Shown here: positions 50,238-60,730 of the stretch, piece by piece | Layout: each line of letters starts with the position of its first letter | Numbering within the stretch: the stretch's first letter is position 1 | Assembly: GCA_963737655.1 (NCBI GenBank) | Contig: CAVTTN010000002.1 | Location: 992,001 to 1,056,000, forward strand | DNA from: an uncultured Planctomycetota bacterium | GTDB taxonomy: Bacteria; Planctomycetota; Planctomycetia; Isosphaerales; Isosphaeraceae | Length of the DNA stretch: 64,000 bases | Reading direction: 5' to 3' | The notes under the pieces: model-generated | Databases searched by the model: none | The model's input: only the letters and a program-made list of their open reading frames with translations | What the model was told of the DNA's origin: nothing | Position numbers and translations under genes: made by a program

Positions 50238-50963
50238 ATGACCCCCTCCGCCCTCGCCGACTCGCCCGAGATCGCCGCCGCCCTCTCCCGGAGGCTCCGC
50301 CCGCTGGACCTCAAGCCCGAGGGCTCGCTGGTCGTCCACGAGATCTACCGGAGCCTCCAGGGCGAGGGGACGTTCGCCGGCCTCCCCTGCGCGTTCGTCC
50401 GCCTGACCGCCTGCCACCTCCGCTGCGTCTACTGCGACACGCCCCACGCCTTCCAATCCGGCGAAATCCTCACGGTCGATCAGGTGATGGAGAAAACCCT
50501 CGCGCTGGGCGACGCGCTCGTCGAGATCACCGGGGGCGAGCCTCTGCTCCAGCCCGAGGCGCTCGACCTGATGGCCCGCCTGGCCGACCGGGGCAAGACG
50601 GTCCTCCTCGAGACCAGCGGGAGCCTGGACATCGCCCCGGTCGATCCGCGGGTCCGGATCATCCTCGACCTCAAGACCCCCGGCTCGGGCGAGGCCGCCG
50701 CCAATTTCTGGCCGAACCTCGACCGATTGAAGCCCACCGACGAGGTGAAGATCATCGTCTGCGACCGCCCCGACTTCGAATGGGCCGCCGAGACCGTCCG
50801 GAAACACGAGCTCACGGAGCGCTGCCCGGTCCTCGTCGGCGCCTCATTCGGCCGGGTCGAGCCGGCGGAGCTCGCCGCCTGGGTCCTGGAAAGCCGTCTC
50901 GCCCTGAGGCTCCAGCTCCAGCTCCACAAGCTCCTCTGGGGCGCGGAGACGCGAGGGGTGTAG
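50238..50963 (+). CDS. queE: Radical SAM protein, 7-carboxy-7-deazaguanine synthase-like
   Basis: EIYRSLQGEG, FVRLTACHLRCVYCDT, ITGGEPLLQ, LETSG, DLKTPGSGE, QLQLHK. Confidence 0.85.
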   Translation: MTPSALADSPEIAAALSRRLRPLDLKPEGSLVVHEIYRSLQGEGTFAGLPCAFVRLTACHLRCVYCDTPHAFQSGEILTVDQVMEKTLALGDALVEITGGEPLLQPEALDLMARLADRGKTVLLETSGSLDIAPVDPRVRIILDLKTPGSGEAAANFWPNLDRLKPTDEVKIIVCDRPDFEWAAETVRKHELTERCPVLVGASFGRVEPAELAAWVLESRLALRLQLQLHKLLWGAETRGV

Positions 50964-51096
50964 GGTGCATGAAATGCACCGTGATGGAGGGCGGGTGAAA
51001 CCCGTCGACATGCGGCGGCCATCCATAAGGAAAGGAACGCGTATTGTTGGCGGGCTTCGCCGGCCTTACCTAAACGGTGGATTTCATCCACCCTAC
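50960..51096. repeat. Inverted pair of GTAG-type REPs (REPIN-like)
   Basis: GTAGGGTGCATGAAATGCACCGT on + (50960-50982) and GTAGGGTGGATGAAATCCACCGT on - (51074-51096). Confidence 0.85.
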
Positions 51097-51539
51097 ATTT
51101 CTCGGATGGCCGCCTCGATCGCGTCGTGGTCCTTCTGGACGAACGCGACCACGTTGTTCGCCACCTTGGCCTTGCCGGACGAGCTCAGGAAGCCGTCGAA
51201 CTTGCTGAGCTTGACCTTCACGTCCTTGGGCCTGGGGTTGTCCAGGTCCGTGGTGAACTTCACGTAAACGCTCAAAGACCCGACGAGCTTGACCTTGTAG
51301 ACCTCCACCACCGCGCCCGAGACCGTGTTGGTCGCCGGGTCGGCCGAGAGCTTCTCGACCACGATCCGTTGCCTCGTGGGGCTGGGGGTCGAGTAGGTCA
51401 CGGCCTTCAGCAGCTCCACCCGGATCGGGGTGGCCTTCAGGTCCACGACGCCGTCCGCGTGGACGGTCGCCGAGAGGAGGCGCCGGGCCTCCAGGCCGTC
51501 GAGCGACGGTCGGAACGTCCGTGTCTTCGGGCCGGGCAT
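51093..51539 (-). CDS. Small protein with 'LE..R.LL' N-terminal motif
   Basis: MPGPKTRTFRPSLDGLEARRLLSA; codon usage typical of the host. Confidence 0.75.
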   Translation of the reverse strand: MPGPKTRTFRPSLDGLEARRLLSATVHADGVVDLKATPIRVELLKAVTYSTPSPTRQRIVVEKLSADPATNTVSGAVVEVYKVKLVGSLSVYVKFTTDLDNPRPKDVKVKLSKFDGFLSSSGKAKVANNVVAFVQKDHDAIEAAIREM

Positions 51540-51801
51540 CGCGCATCCTCGCGAGGGACGTCGGAAAAGGGACGGACAGTCGCCCCGGAGGGCCTCCGGG
51601 ACGGGCCGGGAGGATACCGCGGATCGGCCGTCCTCGCAATCTCGCCCGGCGATTTGTTCACAAGTCGGGGCGAGGCATGGGGATCGGTCTCCGGTTGCGT
51701 TTCGGAGGCCGGATGTCTAGAATATTCTGCCCGACCGCACGGCTTCGCTTCGCGCCGCTCCCGCGCCTCGCCCCTTCCCTCCTCGCCGAGACCCCCCGCC
51801 C

Positions 51802-53502
51802 ATGATCCGCCTGGTCAACGCCCGCAAGAACTTCGGACGCCAGGTCCTTTATGATGGCGTGGACGCCTCGATCGTCCGGGGGGACCGCGTCGGCCTCCTC
51901 GGCAAGAACGGGGCGGGCAAATCGACGTTGTTCAAGGTTTTGATGGGGGCCGAGCACCTCGACGGCGGCGAGATGCTCCGCGACCGCAAGGTCTCGATCG
52001 GCTACCTGCCCCAGGAGATCCACCCGCTCCGGGAAGGCACCGTCTTCGAGAACATGCTCGCGCACCTCGGGCCCTGGACCCAGGCCGACCGTCGCCTGAA
52101 GACGGTCATGGCCGGGCTGGAGGTCGGGGACCCGGCGGCCCTGGCCGACTACGACGACGCGATGGAAGCCTTCCTCACGGCCGGCGGCTACGAGATGGAG
52201 GCCCGCGCCAAGGCGATCCTGCTCGGCCTGGGCTTCCGGGTCGAGACGCTCGACGCCCCCGTGGCCACCCTCTCCGGCGGATGGGCCATGAGGCTCGCCC
52301 TCGGCGGATTGCTCGCCTTCGACCACGATCTGCTCCTGCTCGACGAGCCGACGAACCACCTCGACCTCCTCAGCGTGAAGTGGTTCGAGGAGTTCCTGAG
52401 GGGCTACTCGGGCGCCATCCTGATCACCTGCCACGACCGCGACTTCCTCGACCGCGTGATCACCAAGACGTTCGAGCTGGAGCTGGGCAGCCTCCACATG
52501 TACTCGGGGAATTATTCGGCCTACATCCCCCAGAAGGAGCACCGGCTCGCCGTCCACCAGGCCAGCTTCGACGGCCAGCAGAAGAAGCTCAAGCAGATGC
52601 AGGACTTCGTCGATCGCAACCGCGCCAACGCCGCCACGGCCTCGCGGGCCCAGAGCCGCCTCAAGGCGATCGAGAAGATGAAGTCCGAGGAGAAGATCGA
52701 GGCCCCCCAGACCGACAACTCGGCCCTGAGGATCAAGCTGCCCGAGCCCCCGCGATCCGGCCAGGTCGTCGCCAAGCTCGTGGACGTCTCGTTCGCCTAC
52801 GGCACCAAGGTCGTGTACAGCGGGATGGACCTGGAGATCGAGCGAGGGGACAAGGTCGTCCTCGTCGGCCCCAACGGCGCGGGCAAGACCACCCTGATGA
52901 AGCTCCTCGCCAGCGTCCACACGCCCACGCGAGGCGAGGTCACGCTCGGCTCCAACGTCTTCTCGACCTACTTCGCCCAGCACCGGGTCGAAGCCCTGAA
53001 CATGAAATCGACCGTCCTGGCGAGCCTCCGGGAGAACCATCCCGGCGCGAGCGAAGGCTCGCTCCGGCACATGCTCGGCGCCTTCCTCTTCAGCGGCGAC
53101 GCCGCGGACAAGCCCGTGAGCGCCCTCTCCGGGGGCGAGAAGACGCGGCTCTGCCTCGCGAAGATCCTCACCGTCGCCCACAACTTCATCATGATGGACG
53201 AGCCGACGAACCACCTGGACATCGCCTCGCGAGACATCCTGGAAGAGGCCCTCCAGGGCTACGCCGGCACCCTCTGCTTCATCTCCCACGACGAGCACTT
53301 CATCCGCGCCGTCGCCAACAAGGTCATCGAGGTCGATCGCGGCAAGCTCACGGTCTTCCCGACCGACTACGAGACCTACCTCTATCAGAAGTCGAAGGCG
53401 AAGGACGACTCCAGCCCGTTCGCCGTCCTCACCCGCGGCCTGCCGAAGCGGGACGCCCGGCCCGCCGAGAAGGGCAGCAAGCGCGGGGCCTCGGTGGCCT
53501 GA
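51802..53502 (+). CDS. ABC-F family ATP-binding protein
   Basis: Two ABC domains (GKNGAGKST / LSGGW / [18 protein letters not shown] / LSGGEK / MDEPTNHLD), linker, no TM. Confidence 0.95.
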   Translation: MIRLVNARKNFGRQVLYDGVDASIVRGDRVGLLGKNGAGKSTLFKVLMGAEHLDGGEMLRDRKVSIGYLPQEIHPLREGTVFENMLAHLGPWTQADRRLKTVMAGLEVGDPAALADYDDAMEAFLTAGGYEMEARAKAILLGLGFRVETLDAPVATLSGGWAMRLALGGLLAFDHDLLLLDEPTNHLDLLSVKWFEEFLRGYSGAILITCHDRDFLDRVITKTFELELGSLHMYSGNYSAYIPQKEHRLAVHQASFDGQQKKLKQMQDFVDRNRANAATASRAQSRLKAIEKMKSEEKIEAPQTDNSALRIKLPEPPRSGQVVAKLVDVSFAYGTKVVYSGMDLEIERGDKVVLVGPNGAGKTTLMKLLASVHTPTRGEVTLGSNVFSTYFAQHRVEALNMKSTVLASLRENHPGASEGSLRHMLGAFLFSGDAADKPVSALSGGEKTRLCLAKILTVAHNFIMMDEPTNHLDIASRDILEEALQGYAGTLCFISHDEHFIRAVANKVIEVDRGKLTVFPTDYETYLYQKSKAKDDSSPFAVLTRGLPKRDARPAEKGSKRGASVA

Positions 53503-53514
53503 ACGGCCATGGCC

Positions 53515-54912
53515 CTACGGGATCGCCGGCCGCCCCACCAGCTCGGCGCCGTCGCCGTCGGGCACGCCGGCCGCGTCGCGCCCGTCGGTCGTCCGGAGGT
53601 CCCGGATCCGGACCGGGACGTTGCGGATGCGGCCGGTCAGGTGGTCCCGGACGTAGTAGCCGAAGTGGAGGTGGGGCTCGGAGCTGCTCCCGGCGTTCCC
53701 CACCCGGCCCAGGACCGTCCCGGCCTTCACCGCCTGGCCGACCTTCACCCGCGCCCCTCCCTTGTGGATGTGATAATAGGCCGAATAATGGGGGCCGGGG
53801 TGCTCGACCCACACCAGCCCGTTCCTCAACGGGTCGTTGGCCGGGTTGGCCTTCCGGCCGAAGTTGTCCTCGACGTCGTCCAGGACGGCGACCACCTTGC
53901 CGTCCTCCACGCAATAGATCGGCCGGTCCCAGCCGAAGAAGCTCTCGTTGCGCTCGGGGTCGCCCCGGAGGCTGTCGCGGCCCCCGTCCACGTCGTCGAG
54001 GACCAGCAGATCGTAGCAGTAGCGCTGCGTGGGCGTATGGAGGTGGCCCGAGTAGCCCGAGTCGCCCGGCCCGTTGCCCCAGCGCCACCGGCCATCGACG
54101 GGCGACGCCACGGAGACCGGCTTCGCCACGTCCACGCCGACCTCGCGGACCAGGGGACCGACGTGCCCGCCCAGGTCGATCTCGGCCGAGATCCTCAGCC
54201 GGCCCCGCTCGTAGCCCCTCGGCACGACGATCGAGCGGTAGAAGTCGTTCGAGGTCTCATTCGAGCCCTCGACCTTGAACTCGGGCGTCCACTCGGCGTC
54301 GTACGCCACCCGGCCCAGGGCGTCCTTCACCTGGACGTGCCATTTCCTCACCGTCAACGGCTTCCCCGACACGTTGATCAGCCGGACCGCGCCGGGGATC
54401 TTCGTCTGGCCCGAGGCCGTCTCCAGGGCCTCCAGGGGCTCCTGGACCCCGATGAAGACCGGCCCCGACAGCGTCATCGGCGGCGGGTTGGCGAACCCCT
54501 TGCGCGGCAGGGGGACCTGGACCCAGTGCTCCTGGAGCGGCGCCCCGGGATGCGAATACTTCATCGCCAGCAGGTAATAACAGAAGTCCATGTCGTCATT
54601 ATATTCGAACCCATAGCCGTAGTTCCCCCTCTCGGCCAGGACCGGATCGCTCCCGAAGAACTTCCCCTCCCGGGCGATCATGTCGCCCAACGGGGCGGAC
54701 CATCCGCCCCGGCTCGCCAGGATAACCTCGGCCCTGGCGATGGTCACGGGCTTCGGCGTCGGGTTGCGCATCTCCAGCTTGATCTCGACGGTCCCCTCCG
54801 GGAGCTTGCTGCCGGGCTTGTATTCCCCCCGGCCCACCGCCCCGATCGGGTTCGGCCCCTGGGCCGTCGCCACGCCCGCCGCCAGCACCACCAGACACGC
54901 CGCCCACCTCAT
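53515..54912 (-). CDS. Secreted M23-family metallopeptidase domain protein
   Basis: Signal peptide; H..QRYCYD, YYHIHKG, VGNAGSSSEPHLHF. Confidence 0.85.
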   Translation of the reverse strand: MRWAACLVVLAAGVATAQGPNPIGAVGRGEYKPGSKLPEGTVEIKLEMRNPTPKPVTIARAEVILASRGGWSAPLGDMIAREGKFFGSDPVLAERGNYGYGFEYNDDMDFCYYLLAMKYSHPGAPLQEHWVQVPLPRKGFANPPPMTLSGPVFIGVQEPLEALETASGQTKIPGAVRLINVSGKPLTVRKWHVQVKDALGRVAYDAEWTPEFKVEGSNETSNDFYRSIVVPRGYERGRLRISAEIDLGGHVGPLVREVGVDVAKPVSVASPVDGRWRWGNGPGDSGYSGHLHTPTQRYCYDLLVLDDVDGGRDSLRGDPERNESFFGWDRPIYCVEDGKVVAVLDDVEDNFGRKANPANDPLRNGLVWVEHPGPHYSAYYHIHKGGARVKVGQAVKAGTVLGRVGNAGSSSEPHLHFGYYVRDHLTGRIRNVPVRIRDLRTTDGRDAAGVPDGDGAELVGRPAIP

Positions 54913-55016
54913 GGGACGCCTCCTCGCTCGATGCCGAGGGACCGCTCGCGACGACTCCCCGGTCGATTAGACCGGGCGCCGGGGCCGAGGGCCAGCCGGA
55001 ACCCCGGGACCGCCCC

Positions 55017-56297
55017 TCAATCCCCCCCGCGGACGATCCGCAGCTCCAGGACGACCGGCCTCGCCAGCCGGCGAATCTCCTCGGCGATCCCCGCCGCCTC
55101 CGTCTTCGCCCGGTCCAGAGGCGTGCCCTCGGGCGTGTCCGGCCGCTTGTGCCCGACGCTCGAAAGCCACGCCCGGCCCAGCAATTCCGAGCGTCTCTCG
55201 ACCAATCGCCCGATCTCCGCCGCCCGCCGACGGGTCGAGAGCCCCGATTCGGCCGCCAGGTCCACCGCCAGCCGCCCCCCGCGAGACTCCGCGATCCCCA
55301 GGGCGGACGACCCCTCGTAAAGCCGATATCGGCCGTCGTCCAACCCCGAGACGACCAGGTCCAGGCGATTCAGCCCGGCCGCCGAATGGGCGAGCTTCGC
55401 CACCTCCGGCGAAAGCCCCGGATCGACGGGCATCGGCACGCGAACGGTCATCTTGAAACGAATCCCGCCCGATTCACGGCGGATTTCCTCGATCTCCCCC
55501 TCCCGGGCCTTCATCGCCTTCGCGTCGATCTCGCCCGATCCGACGTCCTCCGGCGCGTGCCACGCCTTCAGGATCTCCAGGGCCATCAAAAAATGCCCAT
55601 CGGCATTTAAATGAACGCCATCACCGGCGAACAAGTAATCCGCCGACCCCTTCCGCGCCCGCGTCTCCTTCAAGAATCGTTCCAGGGGAGAGCCCGCGTC
55701 GATCGTCGAGAACCCGACGCCCGAGAACGTCTTCAACCACTCGCCATAACGCGCCAGCACGTCTGTTTGATAATTCTCATAAGGCGCCATCCACCCGTAT
55801 TCCGCCGCCCCCTCCGGCCGGACCTTCCCCTTCAGCGGCGACGGGTCGAACGGAGGGGGCGTGACGAGATAAACCGAGATCCCCCGGTCCCGGCACCGGG
55901 AAACCAGCTTCAGGATGCCGTCCTGGTACTTCGCGAACCGTTGCCGGGAAAATGGCGCGTAGATCCCATCATTCATCCCATAGCAGGCGACCACGACCTC
56001 GGGCCTGATCCGGTCCAGGGCCCGTTCCAGGCGCTCGTGGACGTCCGGCCGGGGGAACGGATGCCCCGGCTCGGTCAGCCCGGTGACGGTCTCGCTCGGC
56101 AAACCCAGGTTGATGATCTCATATTCCCGATCGGGCAACCTCGTGGCGAGATATCCCTCGATATCCCGCACGTATCCGCCCGCGAACGTGTTGCTATCTC
56201 CGAGGAAGAGGACCCGTCGGGCCGTCTCCAGGGCGAACGGGGCGGGGGCCGGATCGTCGGCGGCGATCAGGGCGGAGAGCAGGGCGAAGGCGATCAT
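55017..56297 (-). CDS. SGNH/GDSL hydrolase
   Basis: FLGDSNT, NLGLPSE, CYGMND, DGVHLN. Confidence 0.92.
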   Translation of the reverse strand: MIAFALLSALIAADDPAPAPFALETARRVLFLGDSNTFAGGYVRDIEGYLATRLPDREYEIINLGLPSETVTGLTEPGHPFPRPDVHERLERALDRIRPEVVVACYGMNDGIYAPFSRQRFAKYQDGILKLVSRCRDRGISVYLVTPPPFDPSPLKGKVRPEGAAEYGWMAPYENYQTDVLARYGEWLKTFSGVGFSTIDAGSPLERFLKETRARKGSADYLFAGDGVHLNADGHFLMALEILKAWHAPEDVGSGEIDAKAMKAREGEIEEIRRESGGIRFKMTVRVPMPVDPGLSPEVAKLAHSAAGLNRLDLVVSGLDDGRYRLYEGSSALGIAESRGGRLAVDLAAESGLSTRRRAAEIGRLVERRSELLGRAWLSSVGHKRPDTPEGTPLDRAKTEAAGIAEEIRRLARPVVLELRIVRGGD

Positions 56298-56316
56298 GGG
56301 CGAGGTCCCCGGACGG

Positions 56317-58950
56317 TCAGCGGACGGCCTGGAACGGGTTGACGGGGAGCTCGCGGGGGGCGGCCCCCTCGCGGAGGCGGCCGAGCTCCCGGGCGATCTC
56401 GTCGAGGTTCTGCGCGACCCTCGGGTCGCCCGGCAACGCGGCCTCGAACCTGCGGAAGTCCCGGACGGCCCCGGCCAGGTTGCCCCGGAGGAACTGGAGC
56501 CGGGCCAGGACGTGGAGGCGTTCCGGCGTCTCCCCGAATCGTCGGATCAGATCCGCAGAGATCGAATACGCCAGGTCGGGGTCTTCGCCCACGAAGGCGA
56601 CCTTCCACAGCGTCTCGGCCTCGTGCTCTCGCGGAGGCCCCGAGGCCAGGAACTCGCGGATGTGTCCCTGGAGACGCCCGCAGGTCGCCGCCGGGTCCGG
56701 GGCCTTCCCTCGATCGAGCTGGGTGGCCTCGTTGATCGCCAGGTGGAACAGGGCGTAGCGGCGGACTTCCGTCGAGACGCTCGGCGCCTTCAGGGCCGAC
56801 CGATAGGCGGCGTCGGCCTTCTCCAGCTCGCCGGAATCGTGGAGGAAGATCCCCCGGCCCAGCAGGAGCAGCCCCTCGGGCGAGATCGCCGCGGCCCGGT
56901 CCATCGCCCGGAGCAGGCGCGTCCGGCCGATCGCGAACGACCCCAGGGGCAAGGCCATGATCACGTCACGATAGGCGGTAATCACCGACTTCAACAGCGG
57001 GGGAGGCGAGCCGAGGAGAGACAGCCCCCGGACGTCCTTCGACGCCCCGAGCCTCGCCATCTCGCCCATCATCCTCGGCAGGATCGCCACCAGGGCCCGC
57101 GAGGTGTCCGCCGCGTGCAACGCCTCGTCGATCGCGCCGAGGAGGCCCCGGACCGTCCGGAGGTTCGCCTCGTCCATCTGCCCCCGGCACCGATCGACCA
57201 GGGCCAGGGCCTCGGCGCCTCGGCCCCTCCCGGCCAGCATCATGGCCATCAGGATCTTGAAATCCGGGGCCGAGGGGAACAGGGCGTCGGCCGCGAGGAA
57301 CTGCTCGCGGACGTCCTCGAACCGCCCCTGGACGCTCAGGACCAGCATCAGCAACGCCCGGGCCCGGAGGTGGTACGGCTCCGTCTCCACCGCCCGGAGG
57401 AAGTGCTCGGTCGCCGAGGGCAGCGTCTCGGACAGCAGCCCCAGGGCGAACTCGCGGTCGGCCGGCTCCAGCGGCAAGTCCAGGGCCCGGCGGATCAGCC
57501 CCACCCCCTTCTCGCCCTCCTCGGCCGACCGGCCCAGGAGGTAATCCCCCCGGGTCAGCAAGTACAAGCCTTCCAGGGCGCCGAGGTCCGAACGGCCTTC
57601 CAGGGCGTCGAGCTCCCGGAGCGCCAGGCCCATCTCGTTCATCCCCGAGAACGCCCGGGCCCGGTCCAGGCGGAGCCGGGGCGAGTCGGGATAGCCTTCG
57701 CGGAGGGCCGTGTCGGTCGCCTCGATCGCCTCTCGCCACTGGCCGCGCCTCAGCGCGAGCGTCCCGGCCGTCCCGAACGATTCGGCCAGCCTCTGCCGCG
57801 AGTTCGCCCTCTCTTTTTTGCCATATTCGGACTCCGCGTCGCGCAGCTTCTTCTCGTTCAGGTACGCCGATCCCGCCGCCGCCGCCAGGGACGCCGTGAC
57901 CACGAACGCCGCCGCCACCGCCGAGACCAGCGCCGGGTTCCTCCTCGCGAACTTCCGGGCTTGCTCCATCGCCCCGGGACGCCTCGCCGCGATCGGCCGG
58001 TCGGCAAGGTGCCTCCTCAGGTCCTCGGCCAGCGCGGCTACCGTCTCGTACCGCCCGGACCTCTCCTTCGCCAGCGCCTTGCCCAGGATCGTCTCCACGT
58101 CCCCCCGGTACGCCCGATCGACTGACCCCAGCCGCGACGGCTCCTCCTCCGCGATGATCTTCGCCGCCTCGAACAGCCCCCGGCCCCTCAGCTCATACGG
58201 CATCCGCCCGGCCAGGAGCTCGTACAGGATGACGCCGAGCGAATAGACGTCCGTGCGGACGTCGATCAGGTCCGGGGCGCCCGCCACCTGCTCCGGGCTC
58301 ATGTACGAGAGCGTCCCCAGGATCTCCCCCGAGAGCGTCGAGGGCAGAGACACGGACGCCTCCGCGTCGTCCAGCCGGGCCAGGCCGAAATCCAGGACCT
58401 TGGGACGGCCCGGCGCCTCCACCAGGATATTCCCCGGCTTCAAATCCCGGTGGATGATCCCCCGTTGATGGGCATGCGCCACCGCGTCGCAGACGTCCAG
58501 GAACAGCGCGATCCTCGCCCTCGATGACAGCCTCTCGTCGTCGGCGAACTTCGTCAGCGGTCGGCCGTGGATCAGCTCCATCGCGAAGAACGGCCGGGGG
58601 CCGGCGGGCGTTTCGATCGACCCCGCCTCATAAATTTGCGCGATCCCCGGGTGATGCATCTTGCCGAGCAGATAATATTCATGCTCGAACCGCCGGAGCG
58701 CCTCGCGGGTCGTCCTCTCCGGCCGGACCACCTTCAGCGCCACGGCCCTGCGCGGCCTGTCCTGCTCGGCCCGATAGACCCGGCCCATCCCGCCCTCGCC
58801 CAGGATTTCCAAAAGACGGTACGGGCCGATCCGTTCGGGCCACTCGAACCCCGCGCCTTCCCCCATCGCCGGGCCGAACCGGGCGTCGGTCGTGGGGACC
58901 TGGAGATACTCCGCCGTCGGCGGGTCGGTCGGGGAACCATCGTCGGTCAT
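56317..58950 (-). CDS. Hanks-type Ser/Thr protein kinase with TM segment and TPR-like C-terminus
   Basis: LGEGGMGRVY, VALK, HRDLKPGN, DFGLA, GTLSYMSPEQ, DVYSLG. Confidence 0.95.
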   Translation of the reverse strand: MTDDGSPTDPPTAEYLQVPTTDARFGPAMGEGAGFEWPERIGPYRLLEILGEGGMGRVYRAEQDRPRRAVALKVVRPERTTREALRRFEHEYYLLGKMHHPGIAQIYEAGSIETPAGPRPFFAMELIHGRPLTKFADDERLSSRARIALFLDVCDAVAHAHQRGIIHRDLKPGNILVEAPGRPKVLDFGLARLDDAEASVSLPSTLSGEILGTLSYMSPEQVAGAPDLIDVRTDVYSLGVILYELLAGRMPYELRGRGLFEAAKIIAEEEPSRLGSVDRAYRGDVETILGKALAKERSGRYETVAALAEDLRRHLADRPIAARRPGAMEQARKFARRNPALVSAVAAAFVVTASLAAAAGSAYLNEKKLRDAESEYGKKERANSRQRLAESFGTAGTLALRRGQWREAIEATDTALREGYPDSPRLRLDRARAFSGMNEMGLALRELDALEGRSDLGALEGLYLLTRGDYLLGRSAEEGEKGVGLIRRALDLPLEPADREFALGLLSETLPSATEHFLRAVETEPYHLRARALLMLVLSVQGRFEDVREQFLAADALFPSAPDFKILMAMMLAGRGRGAEALALVDRCRGQMDEANLRTVRGLLGAIDEALHAADTSRALVAILPRMMGEMARLGASKDVRGLSLLGSPPPLLKSVITAYRDVIMALPLGSFAIGRTRLLRAMDRAAAISPEGLLLLGRGIFLHDSGELEKADAAYRSALKAPSVSTEVRRYALFHLAINEATQLDRGKAPDPAATCGRLQGHIREFLASGPPREHEAETLWKVAFVGEDPDLAYSISADLIRRFGETPERLHVLARLQFLRGNLAGAVRDFRRFEAALPGDPRVAQNLDEIARELGRLREGAAPRELPVNPFQAVR

Positions 58951-59162
58951 CGCCGAGTCTCCGGGGGGTCCGGCCAGTCTACCGCAACCCAACCCCGCCC
59001 GCGAGCACCCCGCGAACCGCCCCAATGGCCCATCGGCGGTCCGATCGGGAACCCCGGACGCCCGCTCCCACGTCGCGCAGGGAAAGCCCGCCCCAACGTG
59101 CCGACCAGGAACTCCGTCGTCCCAGGACCGCCTCGCCCGAATCGATCCGGGCCACTCCCGGG

Positions 59163-60672
59163 CTATCGCACGATCCACCCCGACCATCGGCGGATCGACG
59201 GCGGCAGCAGAGGCTGAAGGGTCTCCCTCAGGAAGCTGTCCTCATCGCGGGGGTCGATCTCGACCAAGGCGAATTCTAGCCAGTCGCCCGCCGGCAATTC
59301 GGGCCAGCCCCGAGGCAATCCGTCCGGGCCGTCCTGGCGGCGAAAGGTGCTGGAGAGGTGGCCGCCGGGCCGCGAGAGCAACGCGCTAGCGCGGCCCGGC
59401 CGATGGGACGCAAGTCCTGACTCCTCCGCCCGCGGAGGAAGACACTGTCGCCCCACCGGACGACCCGGTAAACCGAGCCAACCCGGGGGGGAGACTCGTC
59501 CCCAGGGCGGGGGATCGGCTTGCACGAGATCGTCTGGCCATCCCGTTTCAGAAATCCATACTCTCGAATCCCCGACCCGAAACAACTGAAGGTCTCGTAG
59601 CGATATCGGCCGTCCGCCCGGATTTGGAGCGGCGCCAGGCCGGTCCGCAGGCCCCATCCATAGTCGCCGGCCAGGTCGCGGAACGCGCCTTCGGATCGGG
59701 GACCCCGGGCGAGGACGACCGTCCGGGTCCGGCCCCGGCCGACGTCGCCCTTGGCGCCGACGATGTCGTTCAACGGCCGATGCACGGGGCGGAACCCGGG
59801 CGTCGAGACCTCCAACCATCGGCCCCAGCTCTCGAACGTCGCCTCGGCCCAGAACGCCGAGCGCATCCCCTCGGCCCAGACGGAGAGGGTCAGGCAAGCC
59901 CGGCCGTCCTCGCCGGTGAAGTCCGACGAGGGGTCCCGCATCGACGAGAACGCATGCTCAACCCGGACGAACGCCGAGCGAACCGGCCGACCCGACTCAT
60001 CCACGACCCGGAATTCGAGGGACACGTCCCGGTCTTCGTCGAACGGCCGGGCTCGGTCCCGATCGCCAGGATGATCCCCGCGAAACCCAGGCTGGCACCG
60101 ACGCCCAACGCGCGGAACCGCCACCGAGGCATCGTCCTCGCCAACCGCCTCGCCAGCCACCAGCCACCCGCCGCCACCGCCAGGGGAGGGCCGGAGATCG
60201 CGACGAAAAGAGCCGAATACATAAAAATCTGATAGAACACAACACGGCCATCATACGACCATGAATCGATAAAACTCGTCACGGTTTCAAAAAGGTCGCC
60301 CAGGACCAGGAACCGCCAGTAGCCCGTCACGACATCGGGCAGGAAGGCGACGACCATCCAGGCCAGGGCGAGGAGGTGCAGGGCGAGGAACGTGAACCCC
60401 GGCGGAGACGGCCGCGGACTCCCCTCCCCGGACGATCGCCACCGGCGGACCCGGCGGATCGCCCGCCTCGCCAACCCGATCCCCGCCGCGCTGGCCAGGG
60501 GGAACAGGCCGGCAAGACCGATCAGCTCCGCCCGCCATTCCGAGAAGTCCGCCAGGTATTTGGATTGCTCGATCCAAAGAAAGACCGCACGGAACGCCGC
60601 CAGCTCGACCGCCACGACGGCGATCCAGAAGGCAAGCCCGCCGAGATGAATCCGAACTCGAGGGCATCTCAT
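59163..60672 (-). CDS. Hypothetical membrane protein with carboxypeptidase-regulatory-like domain, paralogue A (frameshifts near 60060 and 59380)
   Basis: MRCPRVRIHLGGLAFWIAVV; PPGFTFLALHLLAL; RPFDEDRDVSLEFRVVDE; FESWGRWLEVS; C-terminus in a third frame aligns with paralogue B (EDSFLRETLQPLLPPSI vs EDGALRKTARACLPPSI). Confidence 0.7.
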
Positions 60673-60730
60673 GATCGAACGACTCCATCGCGAGGGCCTG
60701 CGGTGCGCCCATCGAGAACCCGCCCCGCGG

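Noticed and set aside
50238..50963. queE as part of a 7-deazaguanine DNA-modification (dpd) island
   Set aside because: No dpdA, queC, queD or folE neighbours in the window; most simply a dispersed queuosine-pathway gene.
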